Shown here: positions 10,135 to 19,960 of the stretch, piece by piece
How the letters are laid out: each line of letters begins with the position of its first letter
Numbering within the stretch: the first letter of the stretch is position 1
Source: a virus
Strand: one strand, 5' to 3'
Length of the DNA stretch: 64,000 bases
Virus record (IMG/VR): IMGVR_UViG_3300017917_003053
Span: 64,001 to 128,000 of that record
Notes under the pieces: model-generated
Told to the model about the DNA's origin: nothing
What the model saw: only the letters and a program-made list of their open reading frames with translations
Databases searched by the model: none
Translations under genes and position numbers: made by a program

Positions 10135-10506
10135 ATGAATATTACTTTGTTACGCGGAAATTTAACAAGAGATCCTGAACTCAGGAAGATTGAGAGCAGT
10201 AATGGTAAGTCGGTATCTGTAGTCAATTTTACTGTCGCGGTATCAAGAGAGTATACCAAGGCTAGTGGAGAAAAGGACAAGGTTACAACCTTCATTAATT
10301 GTGAAGCATGGGACAGCGGTGCAGAGATTATCGCTGAATCATTCAAGAAGGGTGATCTAGTGATGGTAGAAGGATCTCTTAGAAATGATAATTGGGAAAA
10401 GGATGGAGTTAAGCATAGTACTCTAAGAGTTAGAGTCAATAACTTCTCTAAGATTACTAAACTATCAAAGAACCGCTCATCAGAAGCAGAAGCGGTAGCG
10501 TTCTAA
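10135..10506 (+). CDS. ssb: Single-stranded DNA-binding protein
   Basis: GNLTRDPELR, FTVAVSR, FINCEAW, KGDLVMVEGSLRNDNW. Confidence 0.95.
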   Translation: MNITLLRGNLTRDPELRKIESSNGKSVSVVNFTVAVSREYTKASGEKDKVTTFINCEAWDSGAEIIAESFKKGDLVMVEGSLRNDNWEKDGVKHSTLRVRVNNFSKITKLSKNRSSEAEAVAF

Positions 10507-10513
10507 TCAAAGG

Positions 10514-10552
10514 AAAGAGACTTGGGGCTGAATAAGCCCCTTGTCTTTTTTT
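10514..10552 (+). terminator. Rho-independent terminator after ssb
   Basis: GGGGCT-GAATA-AGCCCC hairpin, extendable by AGAC/GTCT, followed by a T7 run. Confidence 0.8.
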
Positions 10553-10557
10553 ATTCT

Positions 10558-12210
10558 ATGAAACCAAAAATACTAGTATGTTCTGAATCATCTAAGGTGG
10601 CCTCTGGTTTTGGAGTATATAATAAATATCTCCTAGAAGGTCTATATAAAAGCAATAAATATGAAGTTGCTGAATTTGCATCTTATGGTCTATTAGGAGA
10701 CAAGGAACGATATAATATTCCATGGAAATACTATCCTAATGCTGTGGGTCAAGATGATCCAAGAATAACGGAATATAACTCTAATCCAGAAAATCATTTT
10801 GGAAGATGGAGATTCGACAGAGTATTACTAGATTTCAAGCCTCATATAGTAATTGATATTAGAGATTATTGGATGAGTGCCTACCAAAAAAGATCTCCAT
10901 TCAGAAAACATTTTCATTGGCTATTAATGCCAACTATAGATTCTTATCCTCAACAAGAAGAATGGCTAGATACTTATATTAATGCTGACGGTATTTTTAC
11001 ATACTCTGACTGGGGAGCAAAAATATTAAAACAACAAACTTCCAATAATATAAAGTATATAGGTACAGCATCTCCTGGTGCTGATCTAAAAACATTTCAA
11101 CCCATAAGTAATGCTGCTGAAATCAAACAGTTATTAAGACTTGATCCAAACAGTACCGTAATCGGTACTGTCATGAGAAATCAAAAGCGTAAACTCTTCC
11201 CAGAACTTATTCGCGGTTTTGGAGCATTGTTAAAACACCTAAAAGACTCAGGTTCAGAAAAATATAACAGCACTGTTTTATATCTACATACTAGTTATCC
11301 AGACATGGGCTGGGACATGGCGAATTTGGTTAAAGATAGTGAATTTAGCAATAAGATATTTTTTACTTATCTATGTAAAAATTGTGCTACTATTTTTGCT
11401 TCTAATATGTCAGGACATGCACAAATTTGCTATAAATGTAAACAAAAAACTGCTGTTGTACCAAACGTTTCAAATTCTGTAGACTCCTCGATACTTGCTA
11501 AGATTATAGGCATGTTCGATGTTTATGTACAATATTCTATATGTGAAGGCTTTGGTATGCCTCAAATAGAGGCCGCTGCTTGTGGCATTCCTGTTGTAAC
11601 AGTTAATTATAGTGCTATGGAAGATGTTATAGATAAAGTAAATGCCTCCCCGGTTGATATTGGTTGTTATTTTAAAGAATTAGAAACATCTGCTATCAGA
11701 GTTTATCCAGATGAAGAGTCTCTGGTGGAGCAACTATCCAAATTAGTTAATCAACCGGAAGGAATTAGAAAACAAAGTGGGTTTAAAATTAGACAACTAA
11801 CAGAAAAATATTACGATTGGAATCACACCATAGCAACTTGGATATCTTATTTAGACACTATTAATGTTGAGAAATATCAGCAATCATGGGACTCTGCTCC
11901 TCATATGTTAAATGCTGTAGATGTTAATAGCTTATCTAATGCGTCTAATGCTTATGAAGCTATGTACAGTATTAAAAAATCTGTATTGGATCATTTAGGG
12001 TTACATTTAAGTGATCATTGGCTGTTAAAGCAAGTTCAAAATGTACAAAATGGATTCTATAATCAGGGCGTAGAATTAAAACCATTCCAAATCAATAATT
12101 TAATTGATATCATCAATGCTATGATTAATGCCCATAATCAAGCTGAAATAGGAAGAACCAATCCTCATTTATTAAACGCAGAAGATTTTATACAATATGC
12201 AAACTCCTAA
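10558..12210 (+). CDS. GT-B (GT4-like) glycosyltransferase with zinc-ribbon insertion
   Basis: SGFG, RNQKRK and CEGFGMPQIEAAACGIPVV motifs, with an inserted CKNC...CYKC. ATG at 10558 chosen because it follows the terminator. Confidence 0.9.
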   Translation: MKPKILVCSESSKVASGFGVYNKYLLEGLYKSNKYEVAEFASYGLLGDKERYNIPWKYYPNAVGQDDPRITEYNSNPENHFGRWRFDRVLLDFKPHIVIDIRDYWMSAYQKRSPFRKHFHWLLMPTIDSYPQQEEWLDTYINADGIFTYSDWGAKILKQQTSNNIKYIGTASPGADLKTFQPISNAAEIKQLLRLDPNSTVIGTVMRNQKRKLFPELIRGFGALLKHLKDSGSEKYNSTVLYLHTSYPDMGWDMANLVKDSEFSNKIFFTYLCKNCATIFASNMSGHAQICYKCKQKTAVVPNVSNSVDSSILAKIIGMFDVYVQYSICEGFGMPQIEAAACGIPVVTVNYSAMEDVIDKVNASPVDIGCYFKELETSAIRVYPDEESLVEQLSKLVNQPEGIRKQSGFKIRQLTEKYYDWNHTIATWISYLDTINVEKYQQSWDSAPHMLNAVDVNSLSNASNAYEAMYSIKKSVLDHLGLHLSDHWLLKQVQNVQNGFYNQGVELKPFQINNLIDIINAMINAHNQAEIGRTNPHLLNAEDFIQYANS

Positions 12211-13321
12211 AAACATACTATATATTGCTCCATATCGTCAAAATGATGGCTGGGGATTAGCCTCTAAAGATTGTTTGTTATCTTTGTTAACAACTCCAAA
12301 TGTTATTAGTGCTGTTCCCGTCTATCTAAATCATTCTGCTAGATGCGATATTACTAATCAAAAAATCTTAAAAGCCGAACAAACTAATTGTGATCACTAT
12401 GATGTGGTCATACAGGTGGCTTTACCAATGTCGTTGTCTTATAATGGAAACTATGGTAAAAATGTTGCTATGATTTTTTTGGAGAATAATAGATTATTTT
12501 CTGATAGTATCATGGCATTAAACAGAATGGATCAAATTTTAGTCTCTAGTACTAAAGAGATTAATTGTCTAAAAAATAGCGGAGTCAAGACTAAGATTAA
12601 TTCGATTATGCAGCCAATTGACACAGCATACATCAAAGAGTTTCCTGCAAAAAATCTTAGACTACAATTTAATGGGAAAAGCAGCGATGCTTATAAGTTC
12701 TATTATATTGGAGAAAATATACAACGTAAAAATATAGTAGATTTAATGACAGCATATTATTTAGAGTTTGATGAAACAGACAATGTATGTTTTATGCTAA
12801 AGACAAACTCGCCGGGACTGTCTGCACAGCAAGCATCTATTAAAATTCAACAAGAATTGACAGCAATACAAAAATCATTAAGAACTAAAAGAAGATTCCC
12901 TCAAGTGATTACTATTACTGAAAGGCTGTCAGACGATCAAATTTTTGGTATACATCAGGCTTGTGATTGTTTCGTAGTATCCTCTTTCGGAGAGGCTTTT
13001 TGTAGACCTGCGGCAGAAGCCTTATGTTTTGGTAACTATACTATTATGTCTGATAATATTGGTATCCAAGAGATGATAGATAGTAATGACTGTGGACTAG
13101 TATCTACACAAGAACAACCCGTAATTGTGAAAGATAGTACATATCTTGGAGGGTTAGATATGTATAATGCTGAAGAAACATGGTCTATACCCAGTATTTT
13201 AGATCTAAGAAAACAAATGAGAGCAGCCTTTGAAACCAAGGCACAAGTTGATGCTCAAAAATATCTGGATCGTTTTTCATACGAAAATATAGGATTAAAT
13301 ATATGTCATTGCATACAATAA
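12197..13321 (+). CDS. GT-B (GT4-like) glycosyltransferase
   Basis: DGWG, RKNI, CDCFVVSSFGEAFCRPAAEALCFG. Confidence 0.85.
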   Translation: MQTPKNILYIAPYRQNDGWGLASKDCLLSLLTTPNVISAVPVYLNHSARCDITNQKILKAEQTNCDHYDVVIQVALPMSLSYNGNYGKNVAMIFLENNRLFSDSIMALNRMDQILVSSTKEINCLKNSGVKTKINSIMQPIDTAYIKEFPAKNLRLQFNGKSSDAYKFYYIGENIQRKNIVDLMTAYYLEFDETDNVCFMLKTNSPGLSAQQASIKIQQELTAIQKSLRTKRRFPQVITITERLSDDQIFGIHQACDCFVVSSFGEAFCRPAAEALCFGNYTIMSDNIGIQEMIDSNDCGLVSTQEQPVIVKDSTYLGGLDMYNAEETWSIPSILDLRKQMRAAFETKAQVDAQKYLDRFSYENIGLNICHCIQ

Positions 13322-14145
13322 AAAATTTGATGGGTAGGTTTTCTGATAAAGAAATCAATATATTATATTTTCCATCATTGTCTGTATTGGATTCAATGAT
13401 ATTAAATATTCCAGTTAATTATTATGGAAATACCAATATAAGTCATCCAAATTTGACTAATTTGACAGAATTAAGTTGGGAAAATTATGACTTTATTTTT
13501 GCACACAATCTGAGCGATACTATCGTAAACCTATCTAATACTTTACATATACCAATCTTATATTATATTAATAGCAAAAATAAGATAAATAGAAGTTATC
13601 CAAAAAATATTGTTTATCTATATGATACAACATCCCCTATAGAATCAGAAAACGTTATTTCTATAAATCTAATACCAGACTTAGAGAGCATGAATGTTGC
13701 ACCAAAACAAAATTGTGTTTTTCTGAATTATCATATAGAAAAGATTAACCAATCTTTAAAGGCTGACATTCAACAGAAAATACCAGACGCTGTATTCATA
13801 GACGATGTACCAGAGTCAACTAGTGCTTTAGCCAAGATTTTTGCACAATATAAAGTATGCGTGGATTTTGGTTCTGTAGGACATCACGAAGCTTTATTGG
13901 CCCTACAAAATAGGTGTGTGTATTTAAAATTTAACAATGAAAATACCACAACAGAACACCAATATGATAATTTATTTGGCGTGGATAATTTGGATGATGA
14001 AACTTATAAAAACATTGTAACATTTTATAATATAAACCAATTTAATAATGATCTAAAATTAATAGAAAAACAAATTAACAAGAACGCCATACAAGATTTA
14101 TCATCAGTATACGGTTTTATGAAATTTAGGAGATATGTGCTATAA
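13303..14145 (+). CDS. Divergent glycosyltransferase-like protein
   Basis: Weak GT-B-like C-terminal segment (AKIFAQYKVCVDF...EALLA) and position in the cluster. Confidence 0.45.
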   Translation: MSLHTIKNLMGRFSDKEINILYFPSLSVLDSMILNIPVNYYGNTNISHPNLTNLTELSWENYDFIFAHNLSDTIVNLSNTLHIPILYYINSKNKINRSYPKNIVYLYDTTSPIESENVISINLIPDLESMNVAPKQNCVFLNYHIEKINQSLKADIQQKIPDAVFIDDVPESTSALAKIFAQYKVCVDFGSVGHHEALLALQNRCVYLKFNNENTTTEHQYDNLFGVDNLDDETYKNIVTFYNINQFNNDLKLIEKQINKNAIQDLSSVYGFMKFRRYVL

Positions 14146-14558
14146 TGTCAAAATACATTTATGTTTATTCAGTAGATAACAATCCTGTTCAAGACGCTAA
14201 AAAAGTCAATATTAGTGACATTAAACTTATATCCAATGGTTCAGCAGACAATATTATTTGTGACTGTTTGGATGTGTTAACTCTGAATGACAGAATTTTA
14301 CACACTAGTGAACTTTTAAAGAAAATCAAAGTGGGTGGCAAACTACATCTTAGATTTATTAATCTACAGTTGTTCTCTAAATACTGCTACTTGAATAAAC
14401 TAGAATTAGATAAAATCAATAATATCATTGCAAATATCAGATCTATTGTAGATGATAGTCATATAGAAGAAATTTTGTCTGTTAATAATAATTTCAAATT
14501 AGACTCTGTAGTATACGATGGCATGATACAAAATGTGGTTCTGGAAAGGGTGTCATGA
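14145..14558 (+). CDS. Truncated class I methyltransferase-fold protein
   Basis: NGSADNIICDCLD...LLKKIKVGGKL resembles SAM-MTase motifs, but there is no GxG motif I. Confidence 0.5.
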   Translation: MSKYIYVYSVDNNPVQDAKKVNISDIKLISNGSADNIICDCLDVLTLNDRILHTSELLKKIKVGGKLHLRFINLQLFSKYCYLNKLELDKINNIIANIRSIVDDSHIEEILSVNNNFKLDSVVYDGMIQNVVLERVS

Positions 14559-15271
14559 TTGTAACAAATTGTAACAAATGTTCATTCTATGAAAATCACG
14601 AATGTCAGTTTCATATGCCTGATATTCTTCTAAAAACTTTCCCTATGGTTTTTAATGAATCAAAATTTCAGAATGATCAAATCTATGATTTTTATTGTCC
14701 ATATGCAAGAACTGCTGAGTGGCTTAAGGTAAAAACCGACGCTGGATTAAGCGATGATGCTATTATGAATGAGGTTTTATCTCAAAAACCGTCATATACT
14801 ATTATATATTTTGTAGACGATAATCTGCAAAATTTTGAAAACAATATACAAATTTTGTCCTCAAATGACTATGGTTACATGTATTTGGTCTCAAAATCTC
14901 AAAATAATAATAAATTATATTTGTCTATCTTAGAGAAATATAAGACTAAAAATTGGAAATATCATGCTATTCTAGATCAAGAAATGACAGAGTGTGAGAT
15001 TATAGATATGATCTTAGATGCATCATCTATAGAGACAGAATTAGTCTATGTTATTAATAATAAATATAGTATTGATCAAGACAATATAGAAACTATATTG
15101 AATACATTTAATTTATTAAGATATCATCAGGTTGTATTCATTCCAGAAGACATTTTCACTTTTCATAATATTGTTATTCCAATGCAATTATGGAAGTATA
15201 AATCTAAGAGAATCGGTTTGGCTTTTGAAGAACTAGAAAATGATTCAACCATTATAAGATTTAGTATTTAA
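14555..15271 (+). CDS. Hypothetical protein with N-terminal Cys cluster
   Basis: CNKCSF...C...CPY; overlaps its neighbour (ATGA). Confidence 0.55.
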   Translation: MIVTNCNKCSFYENHECQFHMPDILLKTFPMVFNESKFQNDQIYDFYCPYARTAEWLKVKTDAGLSDDAIMNEVLSQKPSYTIIYFVDDNLQNFENNIQILSSNDYGYMYLVSKSQNNNKLYLSILEKYKTKNWKYHAILDQEMTECEIIDMILDASSIETELVYVINNKYSIDQDNIETILNTFNLLRYHQVVFIPEDIFTFHNIVIPMQLWKYKSKRIGLAFEELENDSTIIRFSI

Positions 15272-15273
15272 TT

Positions 15274-15963
15274 ATGACAAACATTATTCTATTATCTTCC
15301 GAAATTCCTAAAGGCATGAAATCTTATGGTCCACGGTCTTTAATCAGAATAGGCAAAAGCGAAGAACCTCTAGTTATTAAACAAATACGTCGTATTCAAT
15401 CGGTCTATAAATCATCTAAATATAAAATTCATATAGTGGTTGGGTTTGAAGCCGAAAAGATTGTTAAAACGGTTAAAGAATATAATTTAAATAAAAATAT
15501 TAATTTTATTTATGATGACTCTTATGAATCGTCTAATAATACTTATGGTCTGTATCAAGCATTAAACCAGATCAAAGGAAACAATTGTTTGATCATACAA
15601 AGCGGAGTAGTCGGATGTTATAAACCTATAAATACTAAAAAATCTAGTTTGGGTGTTGTAAAATCACACTCTAATATTTTTAATATAGGTATCAGATCAG
15701 AAAATAACAAAGCAATATATCTTTTTTATGACCTAGAGAATAGTTGGTCAGAAATGGCTTTTATAGGTTCTGATGATTATGATAACGTAATTACTATGCT
15801 AGGATCGGAACCTTTTGATAAAAAAATTAAGAGTTCATTCTTTTTTGAGATTATTAATCTATTGATAGAAAATAATATACAGTTCTGTTTGGAGCCCATA
15901 AACTTGAATCGTAATATTGCTAAATATCTACATCATAAAAACAATCAATCAACAATATGTTAA
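15274..15963 (+). CDS. Sugar-phosphate nucleotidyltransferase (LicC/GlmU-like)
   Basis: IILL...KGMKSYGPRSLI, IHIVVGFEAEKI, YESSNNTYGLYQAL. Confidence 0.75.
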   Translation: MTNIILLSSEIPKGMKSYGPRSLIRIGKSEEPLVIKQIRRIQSVYKSSKYKIHIVVGFEAEKIVKTVKEYNLNKNINFIYDDSYESSNNTYGLYQALNQIKGNNCLIIQSGVVGCYKPINTKKSSLGVVKSHSNIFNIGIRSENNKAIYLFYDLENSWSEMAFIGSDDYDNVITMLGSEPFDKKIKSSFFFEIINLLIENNIQFCLEPINLNRNIAKYLHHKNNQSTIC

Positions 15964-16694
15964 CATATAAAACGAACTTTAGTACCAGACCAGAAGATTT
16001 ATTTTGTCAGTCTTTACAAAGAGAATTTGGTTCTCAGATTTTAATATTTAATCCTGATGATATTTACGAAATAGTATTAAATCATAAGCCCCAATTTATT
16101 GTTTTGCATGATCATGATCTGAGTCACTATCATGTGCAACAATTTTTAAAAGACAAAGACAATGAAAATTTAAAGACAGTATTTATTGTACTAAAGTTCT
16201 TGAAGAAAAAACCTCCTGTTGTTCCATATAAAAATATCAACTTCATAGAGCAATCACAATATTTGCCTTATAATGAGTATTATTCAGATGCAATATCGGA
16301 TGATAACTTTGTATTGTGCGACTTGAATTGCACAGAAGAAAAGAGTAATGTCATTTTGCAGCCACTGATCTATCCTGTGAACAAAGAGATTCCTATGAAA
16401 TTGGTAAACTGTCATAAGGTCGGACACATCCAGAATCTAGGATTGGTTGATGAAGAGACAATGTTAAAACTCTTAGCCAAGTGTTCTTTATACATTAATC
16501 TAAATAATTCATACGTCTATGACGCTATGAGAATGAAAAAACCAATTCTAAATTTAACTGATAATAAATATCTCGATAAAATAACAGAACCAACATTGGA
16601 TAGTTTAAGGAACTTAGAGTTATCATACAATTTAAATATTGACAAATATAAAATATCAAATATCACCAAATATCTAAAATCAAAATATGAATAA
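15957..16694 (+). CDS. Divergent glycosyltransferase-like protein
   Basis: NLGLVDEETMLKLLAKCSLYIN...YDAMRMKKPI resembles a GT-B nucleotide-binding segment. Confidence 0.5.
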   Translation: MLTYKTNFSTRPEDLFCQSLQREFGSQILIFNPDDIYEIVLNHKPQFIVLHDHDLSHYHVQQFLKDKDNENLKTVFIVLKFLKKKPPVVPYKNINFIEQSQYLPYNEYYSDAISDDNFVLCDLNCTEEKSNVILQPLIYPVNKEIPMKLVNCHKVGHIQNLGLVDEETMLKLLAKCSLYINLNNSYVYDAMRMKKPILNLTDNKYLDKITEPTLDSLRNLELSYNLNIDKYKISNITKYLKSKYE

Positions 16695-17145
16695 AAAATT
16701 ATCTGCATTAAGCATACAACCTAAAACAGAATACGATGCTGCTATGATTTCTTGGTTTAATAGTTTAGCAACTATTGATTCGACCATTAACTTAAAATTA
16801 TTCTGTTCCTCTTTTGATATTTTGAATTCAGAAAAGAAATTTGCTGTACTGCCCATATACGAGGCCAAATATGAGTACGGCAATTTTTTTGTTTGGGATA
16901 TTTTATCATTAGAATTAGCTATAGATTTTCCAAACATTAATAAAATCTATTATTTTCAAAATAACAATCTTCCTTGGACTAAAGCATTTAATATCAGTTA
17001 TAATGACTGGGCCAACCTTTACGACAACGAAAAGGTTCATATCATTACTAATGATACCAATGTTCAAGAGATATTTAGTCTTACATGGAAGCATATTGAT
17101 ACAGTAGAAGGTACTCCGGAGAGTCTATATGAAGTCATACAATGA
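16687..17145 (+). CDS. Hypothetical protein (last gene of the GT cluster)
   Basis: 152-aa ORF overlapping both neighbours. Confidence 0.55.
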   Translation: MNKKLSALSIQPKTEYDAAMISWFNSLATIDSTINLKLFCSSFDILNSEKKFAVLPIYEAKYEYGNFFVWDILSLELAIDFPNINKIYYFQNNNLPWTKAFNISYNDWANLYDNEKVHIITNDTNVQEIFSLTWKHIDTVEGTPESLYEVIQ

Positions 17146-17923
17146 TTTAAATGATAACGATAAAAAACAATTATTAAAAAAAGAATATGAACAAAATTTA
17201 TTAAGTTTTAGTGAAATTGCTAAAAAATATGATACATATGCGAACAAACTTCGTAGAGACTCTATAAAGTTCAAGATTGCTATTAGAGATAAAAGTGAAG
17301 CACAGAAAGTTGCTTTGCAGAGTGGCAGACATAATCATCCTACCAAAGGCACTGAAAGACCAGAGCATACCAAAAATAAAATAGGAATGTCGGTATTGCA
17401 GTCGTGGGAGAACTTAGACAATGCCGAATTAGAAAGAAGAAAGTTGGTTGCTAAACAAAATTGGGAAAAATTATCTGATGATGAAAAAGCTAATATTCTA
17501 AGAAGTGCAAATACTGCTGTTCGTAAATCTAGTGATGTCGGATCAAAACTGGAATTATTTATATTAGAGCAGTTGGTGAAAAATGGCTATAAGGTTGATT
17601 TCCATAAAGAACAAACCTTATCGAATACAAAATTGCAGATTGACCTCTTCTTGCCTACTATGTCTGTGGCTATAGAAATTGACGGTCCTTCTCATTTTAC
17701 TCCACTGTGGGGAGAAGATACCCTCAAAAAAAATAAGACATACGATAATAAAAAGAACGGGTTGATCATAGGCAAGGGTTTAGTGTTGATTAGGATTAAA
17801 CAAACAAAGGATTTTTCAAAAAGTCGAGCAATGATTGTTTTTGATAAATTACAGGAACAATTATTGTCAATCTCAAACAAATTTCCAGAACCATCCAATA
17901 GACTAATAGAAATAGGAGACTGA
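17129..17923 (+). CDS. Free-standing endonuclease (HTH, NUMOD3-like segment, Vsr/DUF559 domain)
   Basis: SFSEIAKKY HTH, KGTERPEHTKNKIG basic motif, QIDLFLP...AIEIDGPSHF. Confidence 0.7.
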   Translation: MKSYNDLNDNDKKQLLKKEYEQNLLSFSEIAKKYDTYANKLRRDSIKFKIAIRDKSEAQKVALQSGRHNHPTKGTERPEHTKNKIGMSVLQSWENLDNAELERRKLVAKQNWEKLSDDEKANILRSANTAVRKSSDVGSKLELFILEQLVKNGYKVDFHKEQTLSNTKLQIDLFLPTMSVAIEIDGPSHFTPLWGEDTLKKNKTYDNKKNGLIIGKGLVLIRIKQTKDFSKSRAMIVFDKLQEQLLSISNKFPEPSNRLIEIGD

Positions 17924-17925
17924 TA

Positions 17926-18630
17926 ATGGCCAAGAAGGAAGAAGCAAAAGTGGCTCAAGAGACCAAAGTTACACCTAATGATTTAGGATGGAATGACTAT
18001 GTTCTGGGATTATTGAGCGAAGATGAAAAGATTGATGGTAATCCAACCACAGATGGTCTTCGTAGAATATTTGAAATAGCCTTAAATTGTGAGATTGTAG
18101 AGTCAACTAGTAAGGTTGTTCAAAGTCCTGAGCCTAGTAATGAAAAACGAGCCACCGTGGTTCACACCATAGGCTATGTTTTAAATAACGACACATCCCG
18201 CACAGGGACTTTAAATACAAAGGTTGTCAGCGGCGCAGCGGACGTTTATTGGGGTAACTGCGATAAAGTCTATCGTAACCACCCGGTTGCTGTTGCAGAA
18301 ACCAGAGCAGAGGGTCGTGCTTTAAGAAGAGCACTAAAACTACGCAAGGTTGTGGCAGCAGAAGAAATAGCCTCCTCTATTGAGGATAATCCTGACCATG
18401 ATTCTGTAAACAAGATTAGTAGTAATCAAATTAGTTTTATAGATAGTATTTCACAAAGACTAAATATTAACGTCAAATCACTACTTGCATCACTAGAAAT
18501 TGCTTCTGATAATATCTATGCGATGACACATAATGATGCTGTCAACGTTATTAGGGCTTTATCCACACATCAACAAAATCTGGATTCCATACCAAAATCA
18601 ATGTTGGGATACGAATCTAGTTGGAGGTAA
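17926..18630 (+). CDS. Rad52/Sak-like single-strand annealing protein
   Basis: GAADV...PVAVAETRAEGRALRRAL...AEEI motif; GGAG RBS. Confidence 0.55.
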   Translation: MAKKEEAKVAQETKVTPNDLGWNDYVLGLLSEDEKIDGNPTTDGLRRIFEIALNCEIVESTSKVVQSPEPSNEKRATVVHTIGYVLNNDTSRTGTLNTKVVSGAADVYWGNCDKVYRNHPVAVAETRAEGRALRRALKLRKVVAAEEIASSIEDNPDHDSVNKISSNQISFIDSISQRLNINVKSLLASLEIASDNIYAMTHNDAVNVIRALSTHQQNLDSIPKSMLGYESSWR

Positions 18631-18632
18631 TT

Positions 18633-18968
18633 ATGAAACTAAGATACAGAGTAAATAGTAAGTTAGAATTTGAACTAGAGGGTGAAGGACAAAAAGAAAT
18701 CTTTAAGGAGCTTGCCTCTGTACAAGAAATTTTTGGAGAAGAGAAGTGTGGTTTGTGTGGCAGTCAAAATTTAAAATTCGTTGTGCGAAATGTTGACGGC
18801 AACGACTTCTATGAGTTAAGATGTATGGACTGCAACGCGATATTGGCTTTCGGCCAACACAAAAAAGGAGGGACGTTGTTTCCCAAACGTAAGGACGATC
18901 AAAACAATTGGTTACCAAATAAAGGTTGGCACAAATGGCAAGGCACAAAGGATACAGAAGGCAAGTAG
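18633..18968 (+). CDS. Zinc-ribbon protein
   Basis: CGLCGS...CMDC; GGAGG RBS before the ATG at 18633. Confidence 0.7.
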   Translation: MKLRYRVNSKLEFELEGEGQKEIFKELASVQEIFGEEKCGLCGSQNLKFVVRNVDGNDFYELRCMDCNAILAFGQHKKGGTLFPKRKDDQNNWLPNKGWHKWQGTKDTEGK

Positions 18969-19960
18969 ACGAGATAGTATCTTGGGGTTTTAATAAAGGT
19001 ATATGGCAAAGTTTAATAATAAACACAGCTATACTTTTATTATTAGCCCTAATATATAGTGATATTCCTAAAAGTATCACAACTATAGCATTAACTCTTG
19101 GTACTACAGAACCATATGATGATGTAGATTTGTCTGCTCCTCCAGAGATACAGATCGAAAGTGTGACAAAATCAGATAATAGTGGCGATCACACTGATCA
19201 GTATATGGTTAATGATCCAGCCGAAGGAGAATTAGTATCTGTTAATCTGGATATTGATACTCCTGTAAATGTATCTTCGGTAAAAGAATTTGCTCCTACT
19301 GGTAAACAACTTATGGAGTCTATTAGTAATTCTCAAAACTATGCTGACCCTTGGAGTGAAACTACTTCTACAGGACTAGGAAAATCTTCCAGAAAAGGAA
19401 GTGGAGGAACTGGTGATGGTGCAGGTGGTGGACAGCCATCAAAGATAGAAAAAAGATTAGCCAAATATAGAGCAAAGACGGGTGACGTGCAGGTATCTAT
19501 TTCTTGGGATAATTATAATGATATAGATCTATGGGTGGCTTTTGAAGGACAGGGGTACTCGAATAATATTGGGTGGCAAAATAGATCAGATATATATGGA
19601 GGTTTATTGGATATAGATTGTAATGTTAATCCTACTACCAGAGAAGCAGTAGAGAATATCTTTTGGCCTATTGGTGGAGCGCCTCCGGGAAGATATACAG
19701 TCTATGTTCATAGATTTAAACAATGGGATAAGGCTTACAGCACCAAAGTAGATGTAAGAATACTATGGGATGGTAATGTAATAAATCGACACATTAATGT
19801 TTCTCATGGAGATATGATAAAAGTTTTTACCTTCACAAAAAAACAAGGATCAACCAGAGTTGTGGCAAAACCCCAAACCTTTTTAGACTCGTTAATGAGT
19901 CCTATGCCATCTTATGAGGATGTAGATACTGGACCCCATTTATTTACTGGACAAGATTGA
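18935..19960 (+). CDS. Membrane-anchored protein with YfaP/DUF2135-like C-terminal domain
   Basis: TM segment SLIINTAILLLLALIY, acidic and Gly linker, then VSISWDNYNDIDLWV...LDIDCN...VENIFWP...PGRYTVYVH. Confidence 0.7.
   Translation: MARHKGYRRQVDEIVSWGFNKGIWQSLIINTAILLLLALIYSDIPKSITTIALTLGTTEPYDDVDLSAPPEIQIESVTKSDNSGDHTDQYMVNDPAEGELVSVNLDIDTPVNVSSVKEFAPTGKQLMESISNSQNYADPWSETTSTGLGKSSRKGSGGTGDGAGGGQPSKIEKRLAKYRAKTGDVQVSISWDNYNDIDLWVAFEGQGYSNNIGWQNRSDIYGGLLDIDCNVNPTTREAVENIFWPIGGAPPGRYTVYVHRFKQWDKAYSTKVDVRILWDGNVINRHINVSHGDMIKVFTFTKKQGSTRVVAKPQTFLDSLMSPMPSYEDVDTGPHLFTGQD

Noticed and set aside
10522-10557. TTG start for the first glycosyltransferase given by the ORF track
   Set aside because: It lies within the ssb terminator hairpin; ATG 10558 is more plausible.
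14558-14578. 10-bp tandem repeat ATTGTAACAA x2
   Set aside because: Only two copies within coding sequence; plausible by chance in AT-rich DNA.
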